Assembly: GCA_963666835.2 (NCBI GenBank) | Contig: CAXXGO010000001.1 | Location: forward strand, 1,184,001-1,248,000 | Reading direction: 5' to 3' | Source: Phycisphaerae bacterium | Lineage (GTDB): Bacteria > Planctomycetota > Phycisphaerae > UBA1845 | Length of the DNA stretch: 64,000 bases | In this document: positions 18,001 to 28,528 of the stretch, one piece after another | Layout of the letters: the number at the start of each line of letters is the position of its first letter | Position numbering within the stretch: position 1 is the first letter of the stretch | Notes under the pieces: generated by a model | What the model was told of the DNA's origin: nothing | The model's database searches: none | The model's input: the letters and a program-made list of their open reading frames with translations, nothing else | Made by a program: the position numbers and the translations under genes

Positions 18001-19893
18001 GGAGTTACGAAACAGTTCGGGACCCAGGTGGTTCTTGAGAACGTTACCTTGGAGCTGCATCCGCGCGAGGTGGCGGGGCTCGTCGGGGCGAATGGGGCCG
18101 GCAAGACGACGCTATTCAAGGTGATCGCCGGCGAAGAAGTGCCGGATATGGGCACGGCGACGACCTCGCGCGGGCTCGATGTCGGATACCTCCGCCAAGA
18201 GCCGGAAATCTCGCTGGATCGCACGCTGCGCGAAGAGGTCGGCAGCGTGTTCGCAGAGCTGCTCGCCCTGGAGGAGCGTCTCCACAAGGTGGCGGACGAG
18301 ATGGCCGCCAAGGCCCACGACCCGAACCTCGCCGAGCTGATGGAGACCTACGACCGGATCAACAGCCGGTTCCTGGCCGCGGGTGGGCATACGTTCGAGA
18401 CGAGACTCAACGAGATTCTCGGGGGACTGGGGTTCTCGCAGGCCGACCACGTTTTGCCCATGTCGAGCCTGTCCGGAGGGCAGAAGTGCCGGGCGGCGCT
18501 GGCTAAGCTGCTGTTGGCCGATCGGCGGTATTTGCTGCTGGATGAGCCGACGAACCATCTCGATATCGACGCCGTGCGGTGGCTGGAGAAATTCCTGGCC
18601 GGTCATCATGGCGGAGCGGTAATCATCTCTCACGATCGCTATCTGTTGGATCGGCTCTGCGACCGGGTAATCGAACTGGACCGGCGGCGGGTGTACAGCT
18701 TCCCGGGCAACTATACGAACTATGCCCAGACCCGGGAGATCCGGATACTCACCCAGCAACGTCAATACGAGAAAGACCAGGAGTTCATCGAGAAGGAGCG
18801 GGCCTTCATCGACAAGCATCTGTCGGGGCAACGCACGAAGGAGGCCCAGGGTCGGCGGACGCGTTTGGAGCGGCGATTGAAGGCCGGAGAGTTCGTAACC
18901 GAGGCTCCCCAGGCTCGCCTGACGTCTCGTTTCAAGTTCACGCCCTCGGACCGAGAGATGACGACCGTTCTGCGCTGCGATGAGTTGGGCATGCGCTACG
19001 GCGACAACGTTCTGTTTACCGACTTGAGCTTTCAGGTGCGAACGGGGGACCGGTTCGGCATCACCGGCCCGAACGGTACGGGCAAAACCACTCTTCTGAA
19101 GATCATCCGCGGCGAGGTGAAGGCGGTATCGGGGGAGTTCACGCTCGACCCGAAGTTCCGCGTCGGATACTACGCGCAGGAAGGCGCTCTGGTGGATCCG
19201 AATCGAACGGTGTTGGATGAAGTCCGCGCAGCCCGGGACGGGTTCGGAGAGCAAGCCGCGCGGGACTACATTGCTCGCTTCATGTTCACCGGAGATTCCG
19301 TCTTCAAGCCGCTGGGGCTGCTTTCCGGGGGTGAACAATCGCGGGTGCGGCTGGCCACGTTGATCCTGACCGAGCCGGATCTGCTGATCCTGGACGAGCC
19401 CACGAACCACCTAGATATTCCAACGTGTGAGACTCTTGAGGAATCACTGGCGGCGTATCCCGGCACGATCATCACGGTCAGCCACGATCGTTACTTCCTG
19501 GACCGAATTGTCGGGCGTCTTTTGGTGATTCGACGCGAAGGGCACACGGTGTGCGCGGGCAACTACTCGGATTACATCGCTCAGGTGGAGCAGGACCGGG
19601 CCGCGACCGCCGCGCCGGCTCCCGCTTCGCCGAAGAAGCCCAAAGAAAGTCGGCCGGAACCCACCCGGCCGGCCGTCAATACCTCCAAATACGACCGACT
19701 CTCCGTTGATGAAATCGAGCTGATTGTGATCGACAAGGAGGCGGAGCTGGCCGCTCTACAGGAGCGGTTTGCCGACCCGGCCGTGTTGCGCGACCCGATC
19801 GCCCGCGAGGATCTCGAGGACAAGATCGCCGAGGTCGAGGAGGAACTGGCGATTGTCGACGCCGCCTGGCAAGAACGCGCCGATTCCGAATAA
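17980..19893 (+). CDS. ABC-F family ATP-binding protein (Uup/YheS-like), probably leaderless
   Basis: Two NBDs (GANGAGKTT, LSGGQ, LLLDEPTNHLD; GPNGTGKTT, LSGGE), no TM helices, coiled-coil tail. TATCAT lies 6 nt before ATG 17980 with no SD. Confidence 0.93.
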   Translation: MAAITIQGVTKQFGTQVVLENVTLELHPREVAGLVGANGAGKTTLFKVIAGEEVPDMGTATTSRGLDVGYLRQEPEISLDRTLREEVGSVFAELLALEERLHKVADEMAAKAHDPNLAELMETYDRINSRFLAAGGHTFETRLNEILGGLGFSQADHVLPMSSLSGGQKCRAALAKLLLADRRYLLLDEPTNHLDIDAVRWLEKFLAGHHGGAVIISHDRYLLDRLCDRVIELDRRRVYSFPGNYTNYAQTREIRILTQQRQYEKDQEFIEKERAFIDKHLSGQRTKEAQGRRTRLERRLKAGEFVTEAPQARLTSRFKFTPSDREMTTVLRCDELGMRYGDNVLFTDLSFQVRTGDRFGITGPNGTGKTTLLKIIRGEVKAVSGEFTLDPKFRVGYYAQEGALVDPNRTVLDEVRAARDGFGEQAARDYIARFMFTGDSVFKPLGLLSGGEQSRVRLATLILTEPDLLILDEPTNHLDIPTCETLEESLAAYPGTIITVSHDRYFLDRIVGRLLVIRREGHTVCAGNYSDYIAQVEQDRAATAAPAPASPKKPKESRPEPTRPAVNTSKYDRLSVDEIELIVIDKEAELAALQERFADPAVLRDPIAREDLEDKIAEVEEELAIVDAAWQERADSE

Positions 19894-19908
19894 CTGCACG
19901 TTGAAAGA

Positions 19909-20622
19909 ATGCCTGGGATGACTGACGGTTTGACTATCGACGCGTTCAGGAACATCCGTGACGTGTTCGCGATCACTGGGGACGACATGCGTGTTCACAA
20001 AGGCCGCAGCGTTGTGATGGTGACGGTTGATGGGAAAACCCATTATCTGAAACGGTTCTGGCTCTCGCCCTCGCAACTGTTCAAACGACACGTTGCGCGT
20101 GGTTTCCACGAGATGGGGATGATCGATTGGCTGAACGGCAACGGCTTCGCCGGCCCGCGGATAGTGCGGCGGGGTTGGGCGGGGATCGGCCCACTGCGCC
20201 TGAGACTGTTCTTTCTGATGGAAGAGATGCCCGACGAGATGCCTTTGGAGGCCTGTTGGCGACGGTATCCGCAGGAGCGGGACGGGTTGATGGCGGATCT
20301 CGCCTCGTTTGCTGCTCGACTGCACGATGCGGGGTTCGTACACACCGATTTCTCCGAGCGGCATATTCTGGTGGGCCGCGGTGACCACGGCTGGACGTTC
20401 CGACTTATCGACGTGGAGCGGGCCGACGTGGGCCGCGTGACGGATGCCCGGGTGGCGAACGACCTGGCCACGCTGGCGGCGAGTGTAATGGACGAAGCTC
20501 TGCGCGAGTGCGTGAATGGGGCGTTTCTCGATGCATATATCGCTCGACGTGCGTCGCTGGGCGGCGGGGCTGGGTTTCGGGCGTTGCTTGCCAAGGCGAC
20601 TCCGACGAAATCGTTCTACTGA
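19909..20622 (+). CDS. Kdo/WaaP-family lipopolysaccharide kinase-like protein
   Basis: YLKRF, LHDAGFVHTDFSERHIL, LIDVER, DLATL. Confidence 0.8.
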   Translation: MPGMTDGLTIDAFRNIRDVFAITGDDMRVHKGRSVVMVTVDGKTHYLKRFWLSPSQLFKRHVARGFHEMGMIDWLNGNGFAGPRIVRRGWAGIGPLRLRLFFLMEEMPDEMPLEACWRRYPQERDGLMADLASFAARLHDAGFVHTDFSERHILVGRGDHGWTFRLIDVERADVGRVTDARVANDLATLAASVMDEALRECVNGAFLDAYIARRASLGGGAGFRALLAKATPTKSFY

Positions 20623-20652
20623 TTCTCTCGGAAACGCCGACAAGGCGACCCG

Positions 20653-21609
20653 ATGCGCGGAGCAGAGATGCGGGGGCACGAACTGGGGACGGGAATGAGA
20701 GTCCAGACGGAGACTGTCGAGCTTGTTGACGGCTGGTCCGCGTCGGTGGTGACGCGGATCGATGGGACGTTTGCAGATGCCGGAGCACTTGTCCAACTGC
20801 CCTCGGCCGAACAGTGGCGTTCCCTTCTGACCGAGCTTGTTCGTTCGCCGGCGGATCTGCCAGAGTACAGTGTGCTGAAGTACTCGGAAGGGGCGGAGGT
20901 GTTTCGGGCTCGGCTGAAATGGGCCGAAGGCGCTATTGAGGTTGTGTGCAAACACACGGACATAGATGGGGGGCTGCGCGGGCTGCTCGGCAGATGGCGG
21001 GTGCCGCGAGAGAAGCGGGATTTCGACCGCGGTCTGGAATTGATGAATGCGGGGATTGGGACGGCACAACCGCTGGCGTTATTGGAGAGCGGCGGCAGGA
21101 GGCGCGAGACGCGGGTGGTGACGGCGTTCCTGGCGGACGCCGTCGACCTCGATCAGGTTGCCCTGACTTTGATGTCCCGGCTGGAGCCAGGGCGTCGGCG
21201 GGCGGTGAAAGACGAACTCATTGCACGGGTTGCGGACTTGTTTGCGCGCCTTTGGGCTCGCGGGTATTACCATCGCGACCTGAAGGCCTCGAACATCCTC
21301 GTGACGGATTGGGACGAATCGCCGCGTGTGTGGGTCGTTGATTTAGAGGGGCTACGGCACCGAAGGGTGCCGGATCGCCGGCAACAACGGCAGCCGTTGG
21401 TCCGGCTGGCCGCGAGCCTGCAAGGCTACGCCGCCGTAACGCGGACGGATCGAGCCCGATTCCTGCGGGCGTACCTGGACCTCGCTCAGAACGCCGGAGT
21501 GATGTGGAAGGAACAGTATCGCGAGCTTGGAAGACAGGCCACTGACTACGTCCGCCGAGCTCGCGGCAGAAAAACTCACAAGCTGGATGGGTTTGCCGAC
21601 GGAGCGTAG
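20653..21609 (+). CDS. Kdo/WaaP (InaA)-family kinase-like protein; start uncertain
   Basis: VVCK, AGIGTAQPLA, YYHRDLKASNILV, VVDLEG, TRTDRARFLRAY. Confidence 0.8.
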   Translation: MRGAEMRGHELGTGMRVQTETVELVDGWSASVVTRIDGTFADAGALVQLPSAEQWRSLLTELVRSPADLPEYSVLKYSEGAEVFRARLKWAEGAIEVVCKHTDIDGGLRGLLGRWRVPREKRDFDRGLELMNAGIGTAQPLALLESGGRRRETRVVTAFLADAVDLDQVALTLMSRLEPGRRRAVKDELIARVADLFARLWARGYYHRDLKASNILVTDWDESPRVWVVDLEGLRHRRVPDRRQQRQPLVRLAASLQGYAAVTRTDRARFLRAYLDLAQNAGVMWKEQYRELGRQATDYVRRARGRKTHKLDGFADGA

Positions 21610-21990
21610 ATGGGAGAGCTGTGTCGGATGACCACGATCCTCCCTGCCTTGCCCTCGTTGTTCTACACCTCATTCGATGCATCCACCAACTGCGGCCGTT
21701 GGGCTTGCGATCTGGTTCTCCCAGCCCGAAGGGCTTGGATGAAGTAGCCGTGGGCAAGCGCAGCGCCGCCCACGGACCGCGGTTTGCTACATTCCATTCG
21801 ACCGCGAAACGTGTCGCACCGGATGCTGGGTGCCATGGTCCACGCTTGCGTGGCCATGAATGTCGCGGGTGGCCCATGGCTTTAGCCGTGGGGGACGCCA
21901 TCACGTAGCGTAGGCATCCTGTAGCATGTCGCGCAACGCGCCGAACGACGCCGTTCCCCGGGCATGGCTTTGGACAATGCGCGCCGTGGC

Positions 21991-22102
21991 GGCAGGTCTC
22001 GTTCCTCGACCGTGCCCTACGCAAGAACCGCGGCAGGTCTCGTTCCTCGACCGTGCCCTACGCGAGAACCGCGGTAGGTCTCGTTCCTCGACCGTGCCCT
22101 AC
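21991..22102 (-). repeat. Three tandem GTAG-REP copies, period 41 bp
   Basis: Copies at 21991-22020, 22032-22061, 22073-22102 with linkers GCAAGAACCGC and GCGAGAACCGC. Confidence 0.9.
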
Positions 22103-22278
22103 CTGACTCGAACGCTGACACCCTCGCGTCACTATCGAGAACTCACGCGGATCATCGGCTCCCCCACGTCCGGACAATACAGCATCGCGCGATTCTCGGC
22201 GGATTGTAAGATACGCACGAATCAAGAGGACGTGGTCCACCCGCCGGGGTCCGTTCCACCTTGCCAGCGGTGGCTGCG

Positions 22279-24399
22279 TTAACCGGATGGTGAGTTCGGC
22301 GTCGAGTTGCCCGCCGCGGCTGCGGTGCTGGTGACGGCATTGCCGGGCGTCAGGACGCGGTAGATTCGGGTGGCGGCGGTGGTCGAGAGTGCCCGGTCTT
22401 CGGTGTCGTCGAAGATGCGCTCGACGGGAAGATCGGCGGGCCAATCCGTTGGCCAGGGAGCCCGGACGTACACGTACTCGATCTCGTTATCCCACAGTGC
22501 TTGAGCGGAGATGGTTTTGCCGTTCAAGAGCACTGCCCATTCCGGGCCGGAGACCACATCGTTCGATAGATTCCGTCCGAAAAGCGGGTAGGTCATCGGG
22601 GGCTGACCGAGATTCAGCACGCGTGTTCCCGGGGGGAGATTGTCTATTAGCGAAGGGGTCTGATAGAAGGCCGCGCGGTCCCACGCGCCGTCCTTGAGTC
22701 GCCCGAGGAAAGAACGCAGCGGAGTCAGCGAAGCGATTGAGGCCGTAGCCAGAAGCGATGCGGTAAGGAGTGTGACCGTGGTTCGCGGATGGTGCCTCAT
22801 AAGCCCGTCCGCCAGGACTGCCGCGAGCGGCACGGCCACGAGGATCTGCGGAAGAACGTAACGCGGGACCTCGTGGAACACGGTTAACAGCAGAACGACT
22901 CCGGACAGGGCGAGGAGGAGATACGTAAGCCGCCATCGATCTTCCGGGCGGCGCACTTTCGTCCTGAGCACTGCTACAATGGCGGCGAGAATACCGACAG
23001 GAACAAATGTGGCATATGCCGCTCCGAGGGCGTTGTTGGTGCTGTAGGTCTCGCCGGTTCCGGAGCTCTTCACTTCCGTCCAGGGGTAGTTCCACCAGCG
23101 TCGGATTTTGGTGCTCATCGAGCGGGGGGGGAAGTAGTCGGCTCCGGTGAAGCCGGGGAGCACTTCGTGCCCGGCGACTTTCACGCCGAGCGGGTAGATC
23201 GGGTTGTTGGCCTGAACGGTCCCGCGGACGAACCAGAAGCCTGAACAGGCCAGGCTCGCCAAGCCGAACAGGATGACGTTGCGCAGTGCGATGCCCAGCC
23301 GGGGGCGTGCGGTTAGCGGGCGGATCCACTCCAGGGCGATGACGACCAGGCCGAGCAGAGGCACGAGGACTAAGAACACCGTTTTGCACCCCAGGGCCAC
23401 GCCGGCCGACAGGCCGGCAAGCAGCACAAGCCCGCGGGGTCCGTTCGTCTGCTGTGGAAGAGACGTTTCACCGTCCGGAGTCTGGTCCTCGGGTCCACAC
23501 GCGAGGTTGCGGTCGGGGCTACCCACCCTTTCTGACGCGATTCCCGGTGTCCGGGACGCCCAAGTTAGCGCCAGCAAGGCCAACAGCCAGGACACGGCCG
23601 CGTAGAGATCGATATAGCCGGAGAAGCTCTGGAAGGTGACGATGGGAATGCTTAATGCGAGGCAGCCGGCCATCAGGGCGGCGGGGCGGCTCACGCCGAG
23701 CGCGTGTGCCAGGGCATAGATTGTAGCTGACATTATTATGGCATTAGGAACGTTGAAGATGGCGATAAGTCGTTCGAGCCCGGCGAACGCGAGCAGAAGT
23801 GGAGCCAGCATGGCGTTTTCAGGCTCCGCGCGATGCAGGTAACCGTGGATCAGGTCGATCGATTGGGTTTGCATCGCCTCTACGGCCATCGGGAGATGAT
23901 AGTGCCGGCCATCGTATCCGGTCGGGTATCCGGTAAGGGCGTCCAACAGGAACAAGGCGTACATGCCGATGACGATGAACATCGGTACCCAGATAAGCTT
24001 GGTTTCATCGCCGTTTCCGAGAAGGTAGTCGCGTCTATTCTTCCCCTCCTTACCGAGGTGAGGCTGGGCGAGATCCCTCCCCGGGGGAACGGCCCCCCCT
24101 CGATCCCCCCTTGGCAAGGGGTGAAGGTCCTGAACGAAGCGACCGGCTGCGAGAGTCAGCAGGACGAAGATCGCCGCTACGGCTTCGGGCGTGACGAAAC
24201 CGCGATCTAGAAAGAGCGAGACGAGCGCGGGAGTTTGTACGGAGATTATCAACCCGGCAGTTGCGGGGATTGTGCCGAGAGCTGCTGCCGCGGCGCGCTC
24301 TCGAACGCCCCAGGCGCATACGCACCGATACCCGATCCGCCAGGCGCCGAGCCAGGTGACTGCGATAACCGTCAGGGATGCCAGATGGAGCCAGAACAC
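22279..24399 (-). CDS. Polytopic membrane protein, possibly a GT-C fold glycosyltransferase
   Basis: Many TM segments; YDGRHYHLP, YIDL, GVALGCK and WFVR..V..NNPIYP motifs resemble GT-C-like proteins. Confidence 0.6.
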   Translation of the reverse strand: MFWLHLASLTVIAVTWLGAWRIGYRCVCAWGVRERAAAAALGTIPATAGLIISVQTPALVSLFLDRGFVTPEAVAAIFVLLTLAAGRFVQDLHPLPRGDRGGAVPPGRDLAQPHLGKEGKNRRDYLLGNGDETKLIWVPMFIVIGMYALFLLDALTGYPTGYDGRHYHLPMAVEAMQTQSIDLIHGYLHRAEPENAMLAPLLLAFAGLERLIAIFNVPNAIIMSATIYALAHALGVSRPAALMAGCLALSIPIVTFQSFSGYIDLYAAVSWLLALLALTWASRTPGIASERVGSPDRNLACGPEDQTPDGETSLPQQTNGPRGLVLLAGLSAGVALGCKTVFLVLVPLLGLVVIALEWIRPLTARPRLGIALRNVILFGLASLACSGFWFVRGTVQANNPIYPLGVKVAGHEVLPGFTGADYFPPRSMSTKIRRWWNYPWTEVKSSGTGETYSTNNALGAAYATFVPVGILAAIVAVLRTKVRRPEDRWRLTYLLLALSGVVLLLTVFHEVPRYVLPQILVAVPLAAVLADGLMRHHPRTTVTLLTASLLATASIASLTPLRSFLGRLKDGAWDRAAFYQTPSLIDNLPPGTRVLNLGQPPMTYPLFGRNLSNDVVSGPEWAVLLNGKTISAQALWDNEIEYVYVRAPWPTDWPADLPVERIFDDTEDRALSTTAATRIYRVLTPGNAVTSTAAAAGNSTPNSPSG

Positions 24400-24536
24400 G
24401 TCGAAATCTCAGAGTTTTCCGATCAGGCGGACTACTTCCCGAGCGAATCCGTATACTGCCTGAGAGAACAGCAGATACGCCAGAAGGCTGGCAGTACATA
24501 GGCTAAGCCACAGACGGTCGGACGGGAGATCACATC

Positions 24537-25307
24537 TCATTGATTAATCATCCGTTCTGCGGTACAGGATGCTTGGACGAAGACGGCAGGACGTTGCGCG
24601 GAGATCAGCAAGGAGCCTGCAATTTCGCGAACCAGCGGCATCTGCTCCAGCACGCTACCCACGCCTTTGACAAACGACACCAGCGGTCCGGGCACGGCCG
24701 GGTGGACGAAGTCATGCGGAGTCACGCTCACGTTATCGAATCCGGCCTGTTCCAGTTGGGCTGCCAGGGGTCGACGGAAGAACGCGGTCTCTTCGGGGCT
24801 AACTCCCATTCTCCGGCGGATGGCCGGAGTGCTTCGCTCGAAGATGACGTGCGGGTTCATCATGTTCGGTTCGGCGAAGGCCAAATGCCCCTGCGGTCTG
24901 AGAACGCGATGGATCTCCGAGAGCGCCACGTCGACATCGAGATGGTGGAGAATGCTAGACCCCACGACGGCGTCGAACTCCTCGTTGTCGAAGGACATCT
25001 GCTCGGCATCCTCGACGCGGAAGGTGATATCTCCGGTGAGAGCCTTGGCTAAAGCCAGATCCAGTAGCACGGCCGACAGATCAACCGCCACGATCTGAGC
25101 GCCGGTTCGGGCGAATGCGGCCGTGAAGATCCCGGTTCCGCACCCCAGCTCCAGAACGCGCGTGTTCGGTCCAATGTGACCGGCTTCGATGAGTAACCGT
25201 GCGCGGCGGGTGGCGCGCTGCTGGCCGGCCGGCGTGCTCCAGTGCCAGGTTTGCTCACCGCGTTCGGCGATGACCTCTGCGTGTTGGATTTCGCCCGGTT
25301 GGGCCAT
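24537..25307 (-). CDS. Class I SAM-dependent methyltransferase
   Basis: VLELGCGTG, VAVDLS, FDAVV..ILHH, VLRPQG; start set at ATG 25307 after AAGGTG. Confidence 0.9.
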   Translation of the reverse strand: MAQPGEIQHAEVIAERGEQTWHWSTPAGQQRATRRARLLIEAGHIGPNTRVLELGCGTGIFTAAFARTGAQIVAVDLSAVLLDLALAKALTGDITFRVEDAEQMSFDNEEFDAVVGSSILHHLDVDVALSEIHRVLRPQGHLAFAEPNMMNPHVIFERSTPAIRRRMGVSPEETAFFRRPLAAQLEQAGFDNVSVTPHDFVHPAVPGPLVSFVKGVGSVLEQMPLVREIAGSLLISAQRPAVFVQASCTAERMINQ

Positions 25308-25888
25308 GCTCTTCACCTTTGTCGCAATGTACTGCTATTCGGACGCCGTTCTCCGCGGGGACCGGCGTCTCGCACGCGACGTCATTCGTCGTCATACGCA
25401 CTTCCGGCCGCGCGACGCGGCGCGCACAGTCTCCGAGGTTGTTATCGGTCGATGGGGGTCGCAACCGGAGCACAAAGGGTGGGTAATCCCGCTAACAGGA
25501 TACTCCCCACGATGCGGGACCCCGGTATACGCGGGCAGACCTGGTTCGGATTTCACAACCAACGGACAGGCTTGGCGGTTGCAGGGCCTCGGCTGACCGG
25601 CATGACAGCGTCGGCGCCGCATCCCTGATGGTAGTGGCGCACGTGAGTCTCCATCTACCTTTCCGGCCGCGGCATTAGTTGCGTAGAACTTCCTCCTTCC
25701 AGCGCTTACGGCGTAACGGCTGTTGATGCCAGGGACTCGTTCAAGTCCGCCACGGGATTGGAGTTGTCGGTCGACTCAAGGTCGGGTTTCTCCTTGGCAG
25801 TCCGCCGAAAAAGGCACAGACACCTCGCCCAAGACGACTGTTGATACCGTAATCAGGGATCTGCTCGGGGCCAATCCCCTTTCTCACA

Positions 25889-27553
25889 TTACCTGCCAGC
25901 GATTATCGCCTCGATATCTTCTTGGACCGTGCCAATGGGTCTCAGGTTGAACTTCTCCACCAGGGCACCGGCCACCGTCGGGGAAAGGAAACCCGGAAGG
26001 GTGGGACCGAGCCGAATACTCTTGACTCCGAGGTGAAGGAGCGCCAACAGGACCGCGACCGCCTTCTGTTCATACCAGGCGATATCATACGAGATCGGCA
26101 ACTCGTTGATATCTTCCAGGCCGAGAATCTCCTTCAGTTTCAGCGCGATCACCGCCAGTGAATAGGAATCGTTGCACTGGCCCGCGTCCAGCACGCGAGG
26201 TATGCCGCTGATGTCACCGAGGTCGAGTTTGTTGTAGCGGTATTTGGCGCACCCGGCCGTGAGGATGACCGTGTCTTTGGGGAGGTTCCGAGCCACGTCC
26301 GTGAAGTAGTCCCTGGTCTTGTGGCGTCCGTCGCACCCTGCCATAACGACAAACCGTTTGATCGCTCCAGATTCGACCGCCGCAACGACCTTGTCGGCCA
26401 GGGCGAGGACCTGATGGTGGGCGAATCCGCCGACGATCTTGCCGGTTTCGATTTCAGTTGGCGGCACGCATTTCTTGGCCAGCTCGATCAGTCCGGTGAA
26501 GTCTTTGGCTCCATTGTCGGGCCGGTCGGGAATGTGCTTGGCGCCGGCATAACCGGCCGGGCCGGTTGTGAAGAGCCGGTCCAGATAGGTGTTGCTTTTC
26601 TTCAACGGGACCAGGCAGTTCGTAGTCAGAAGAACCGGACCGTTGAAGGACTCGAACTCCGTGTTTTGTTGCCACCAGGATCCGCCATAGTTGCCGACAA
26701 GATGGTCGTACTTCTTGAAGGCCGGATAGAAGTGGGCCGGGAGCATCTCGCCGTGCGTGTACACATCCACGCCGGTACCTTGGGTTTGCTTGAGCAGCTC
26801 TTCCATGTCCTTTAGATCATGGCCGCTGATCAGTATGCCTGGATTCGCGCGGACTCCGATATTGACTTCAGTCATTTCGGGATGACCGTACGCCGAGGTG
26901 TGGGCCTCGTCCAGCAGGGCCATGGTCGTGACTGCGGTTTCACCGGCTTTCATGACCAGACCGATCATCTCGTCCACTGACAGTTCCTTCGTCGTTGATG
27001 CCAGAGCCTCCATCATGAAATCGTAGATTTCCTCTTTCTCCGCACCCAGGACTGCGGCGTGGTCCGCATAGGCGGCGACTCCCTTCAGCCCGATGATCAG
27101 CAGCTCTCGCAGGGAGCGGACATCTTCGTTATCAGTGGCGAGGATACCGACGGACTTGGCCTTATCCGCGAACACGGCGTCGTTGTCGGGAGACCAAGTA
27201 GCGGCATCCGGCAATGGTGCGGAGAACTCCCGGCCGTTCTTCTCTTTGTAGGCCGCCACGAACCGGTCCCGCAGCTCGTCTCGGTGTTTCAGCGCGTTTC
27301 TGATCAGGGTGGCGAAGCGGTTGTCATCCCAGTTGGCGTTTGTAATCGTCGCAAACAAGCCCTGGCCGACGAGTTGACCGGTCTTTCTGTCGGTCCACCC
27401 GAGATGCTTGAGGTGCTCGGCATAGACTGCGGTACCTTTCAGCACATGGATCAGAAGGTCTTGGAGATTAGCGGTTTCTTCTGGCTTGCCGCACACGCCC
27501 TTGGCGGTGCATCCGGTATTCTTGGCGGTCTCTTGGCATTGGTAACAGAACAT
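25889..27553 (-). CDS. hcp: Hybrid cluster protein (hydroxylamine/NO reductase), class I
   Basis: [23 protein letters not shown] (Cx2Cx8Cx5C), [35 protein letters not shown]. Confidence 0.97.
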   Translation of the reverse strand: MFCYQCQETAKNTGCTAKGVCGKPEETANLQDLLIHVLKGTAVYAEHLKHLGWTDRKTGQLVGQGLFATITNANWDDNRFATLIRNALKHRDELRDRFVAAYKEKNGREFSAPLPDAATWSPDNDAVFADKAKSVGILATDNEDVRSLRELLIIGLKGVAAYADHAAVLGAEKEEIYDFMMEALASTTKELSVDEMIGLVMKAGETAVTTMALLDEAHTSAYGHPEMTEVNIGVRANPGILISGHDLKDMEELLKQTQGTGVDVYTHGEMLPAHFYPAFKKYDHLVGNYGGSWWQQNTEFESFNGPVLLTTNCLVPLKKSNTYLDRLFTTGPAGYAGAKHIPDRPDNGAKDFTGLIELAKKCVPPTEIETGKIVGGFAHHQVLALADKVVAAVESGAIKRFVVMAGCDGRHKTRDYFTDVARNLPKDTVILTAGCAKYRYNKLDLGDISGIPRVLDAGQCNDSYSLAVIALKLKEILGLEDINELPISYDIAWYEQKAVAVLLALLHLGVKSIRLGPTLPGFLSPTVAGALVEKFNLRPIGTVQEDIEAIIAGR

Positions 27554-27556
27554 GCG

Positions 27557-28387
27557 TTAACTCCTTGTGTTTAGGCAACAGGTCGCATGACCGTTGCTTG
27601 AAGCCTTCGATTCGACGGGAATCCAGCGCGTCTCCAGTATTTCACCACGAACGCTTATCAGTACGTCGTGGACCGGCACATCGGATTCGGCGAGTTGACG
27701 CGCCTGAAGCACCATCTGGAGAATCCCGCCGCAGCAGGGAACTTCCATGCGTGCCACGGTTATCTCAGCGAAATCGTTGTGTTGGATCATCTCGGTCAAC
27801 TTCTCGACGTATCCGGTCAAATCGTCGAGTTTGGGGCACGCTACGGCTACCGCATGGTCGCGCAACAGTTCGGTGTGGAAGCCGGCGTAGGCTACCGGCA
27901 CGCAATCTGCAGCGAGGAGCAGACGTGCTCCACGCAAGACGGGCGCGGTTGCGGGTAGAAGCCGGAGCTGGACCGGCCAATGAATGAGGGCGGAGTCCGC
28001 CACCACGGTGCCCGAGTCGTGACCGGAATCAGCACAGAGGCCGGCGACGCCCGGTGGAGGATCGAATTGGGCGAACCGGCTCGACGGACATGCTGGGGGA
28101 GCCACCGGTTGTGGGGGGCTCGGTTCAGAGTGATTGCTGACGTGGAGGGCGGCCTCTTGTTGTCGCCGCACGGTCGCCTCGTCGAAGCTCTGCGCCTCGC
28201 GGCGTTCGATCTTGATTGCTCCTTGGGGGCAGTGTCCCAGGCACGCCCCGAGGCCGTCGCAGAGTTTGTCGGAGATGAGCTTGGCTTTACCGTTGACGAT
28301 CCTGATCGCCCCTTCGGCACAGGCCGGAACGCATTCCCCACAGCCGTTGCAGAGATCTTCGTCTATCGAGACAATCTCGCGGTACAT
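27557..28387 (-). CDS. Hcp-associated 2x[4Fe-4S] ferredoxin-domain protein
   Basis: CNGCGECVPACAEGA, CDGLGACLGHCP, WPVQL, AADC, ACPKLD, MEVPCCGG. Confidence 0.88.
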   Translation of the reverse strand: MYREIVSIDEDLCNGCGECVPACAEGAIRIVNGKAKLISDKLCDGLGACLGHCPQGAIKIERREAQSFDEATVRRQQEAALHVSNHSEPSPPQPVAPPACPSSRFAQFDPPPGVAGLCADSGHDSGTVVADSALIHWPVQLRLLPATAPVLRGARLLLAADCVPVAYAGFHTELLRDHAVAVACPKLDDLTGYVEKLTEMIQHNDFAEITVARMEVPCCGGILQMVLQARQLAESDVPVHDVLISVRGEILETRWIPVESKASSNGHATCCLNTRS

Positions 28388-28478
28388 TCCCGATGCCCTC
28401 CCCGCTTCACGTTAGGAACTTGCTTGCGCGGCGCACAAGCGGCATACTGGATAATCGAATATCCCGGCTCTTGACGCC

Positions 28479-28492
28479 TTGAGGTGGATCAA
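28479..28492. promoter_or_regulatory. FNR/HcpR-type binding site
   Basis: TTGAGGTGGATCAA, one mismatch to TTGAT-N4-ATCAA, between the divergent ferredoxin-hcp and Crp/Fnr genes. Confidence 0.65.
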
Positions 28493-28528
28493 GCCACGAG
28501 CCGATTTTTGTTTTCTTGAGAGGCCGAT

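Noticed and set aside
21991..22102. 30-bp repeats in tandem, resembling a CRISPR array (also 3832-3966)
   Set aside because: Linkers are 11 bp and near-identical, or irregular in length. The repeat has a GTAG-REP structure, is dispersed, and no cas genes are present.
25317..25888. Possible tRNA, ncRNA or att site at the left edge of the stress island
   Set aside because: A GTTCAAGTCC T-loop-like word occurs near 25738, but I could not build a cloverleaf or find a partner repeat, and no integrase is present. tRNAscan/Infernal would settle it.
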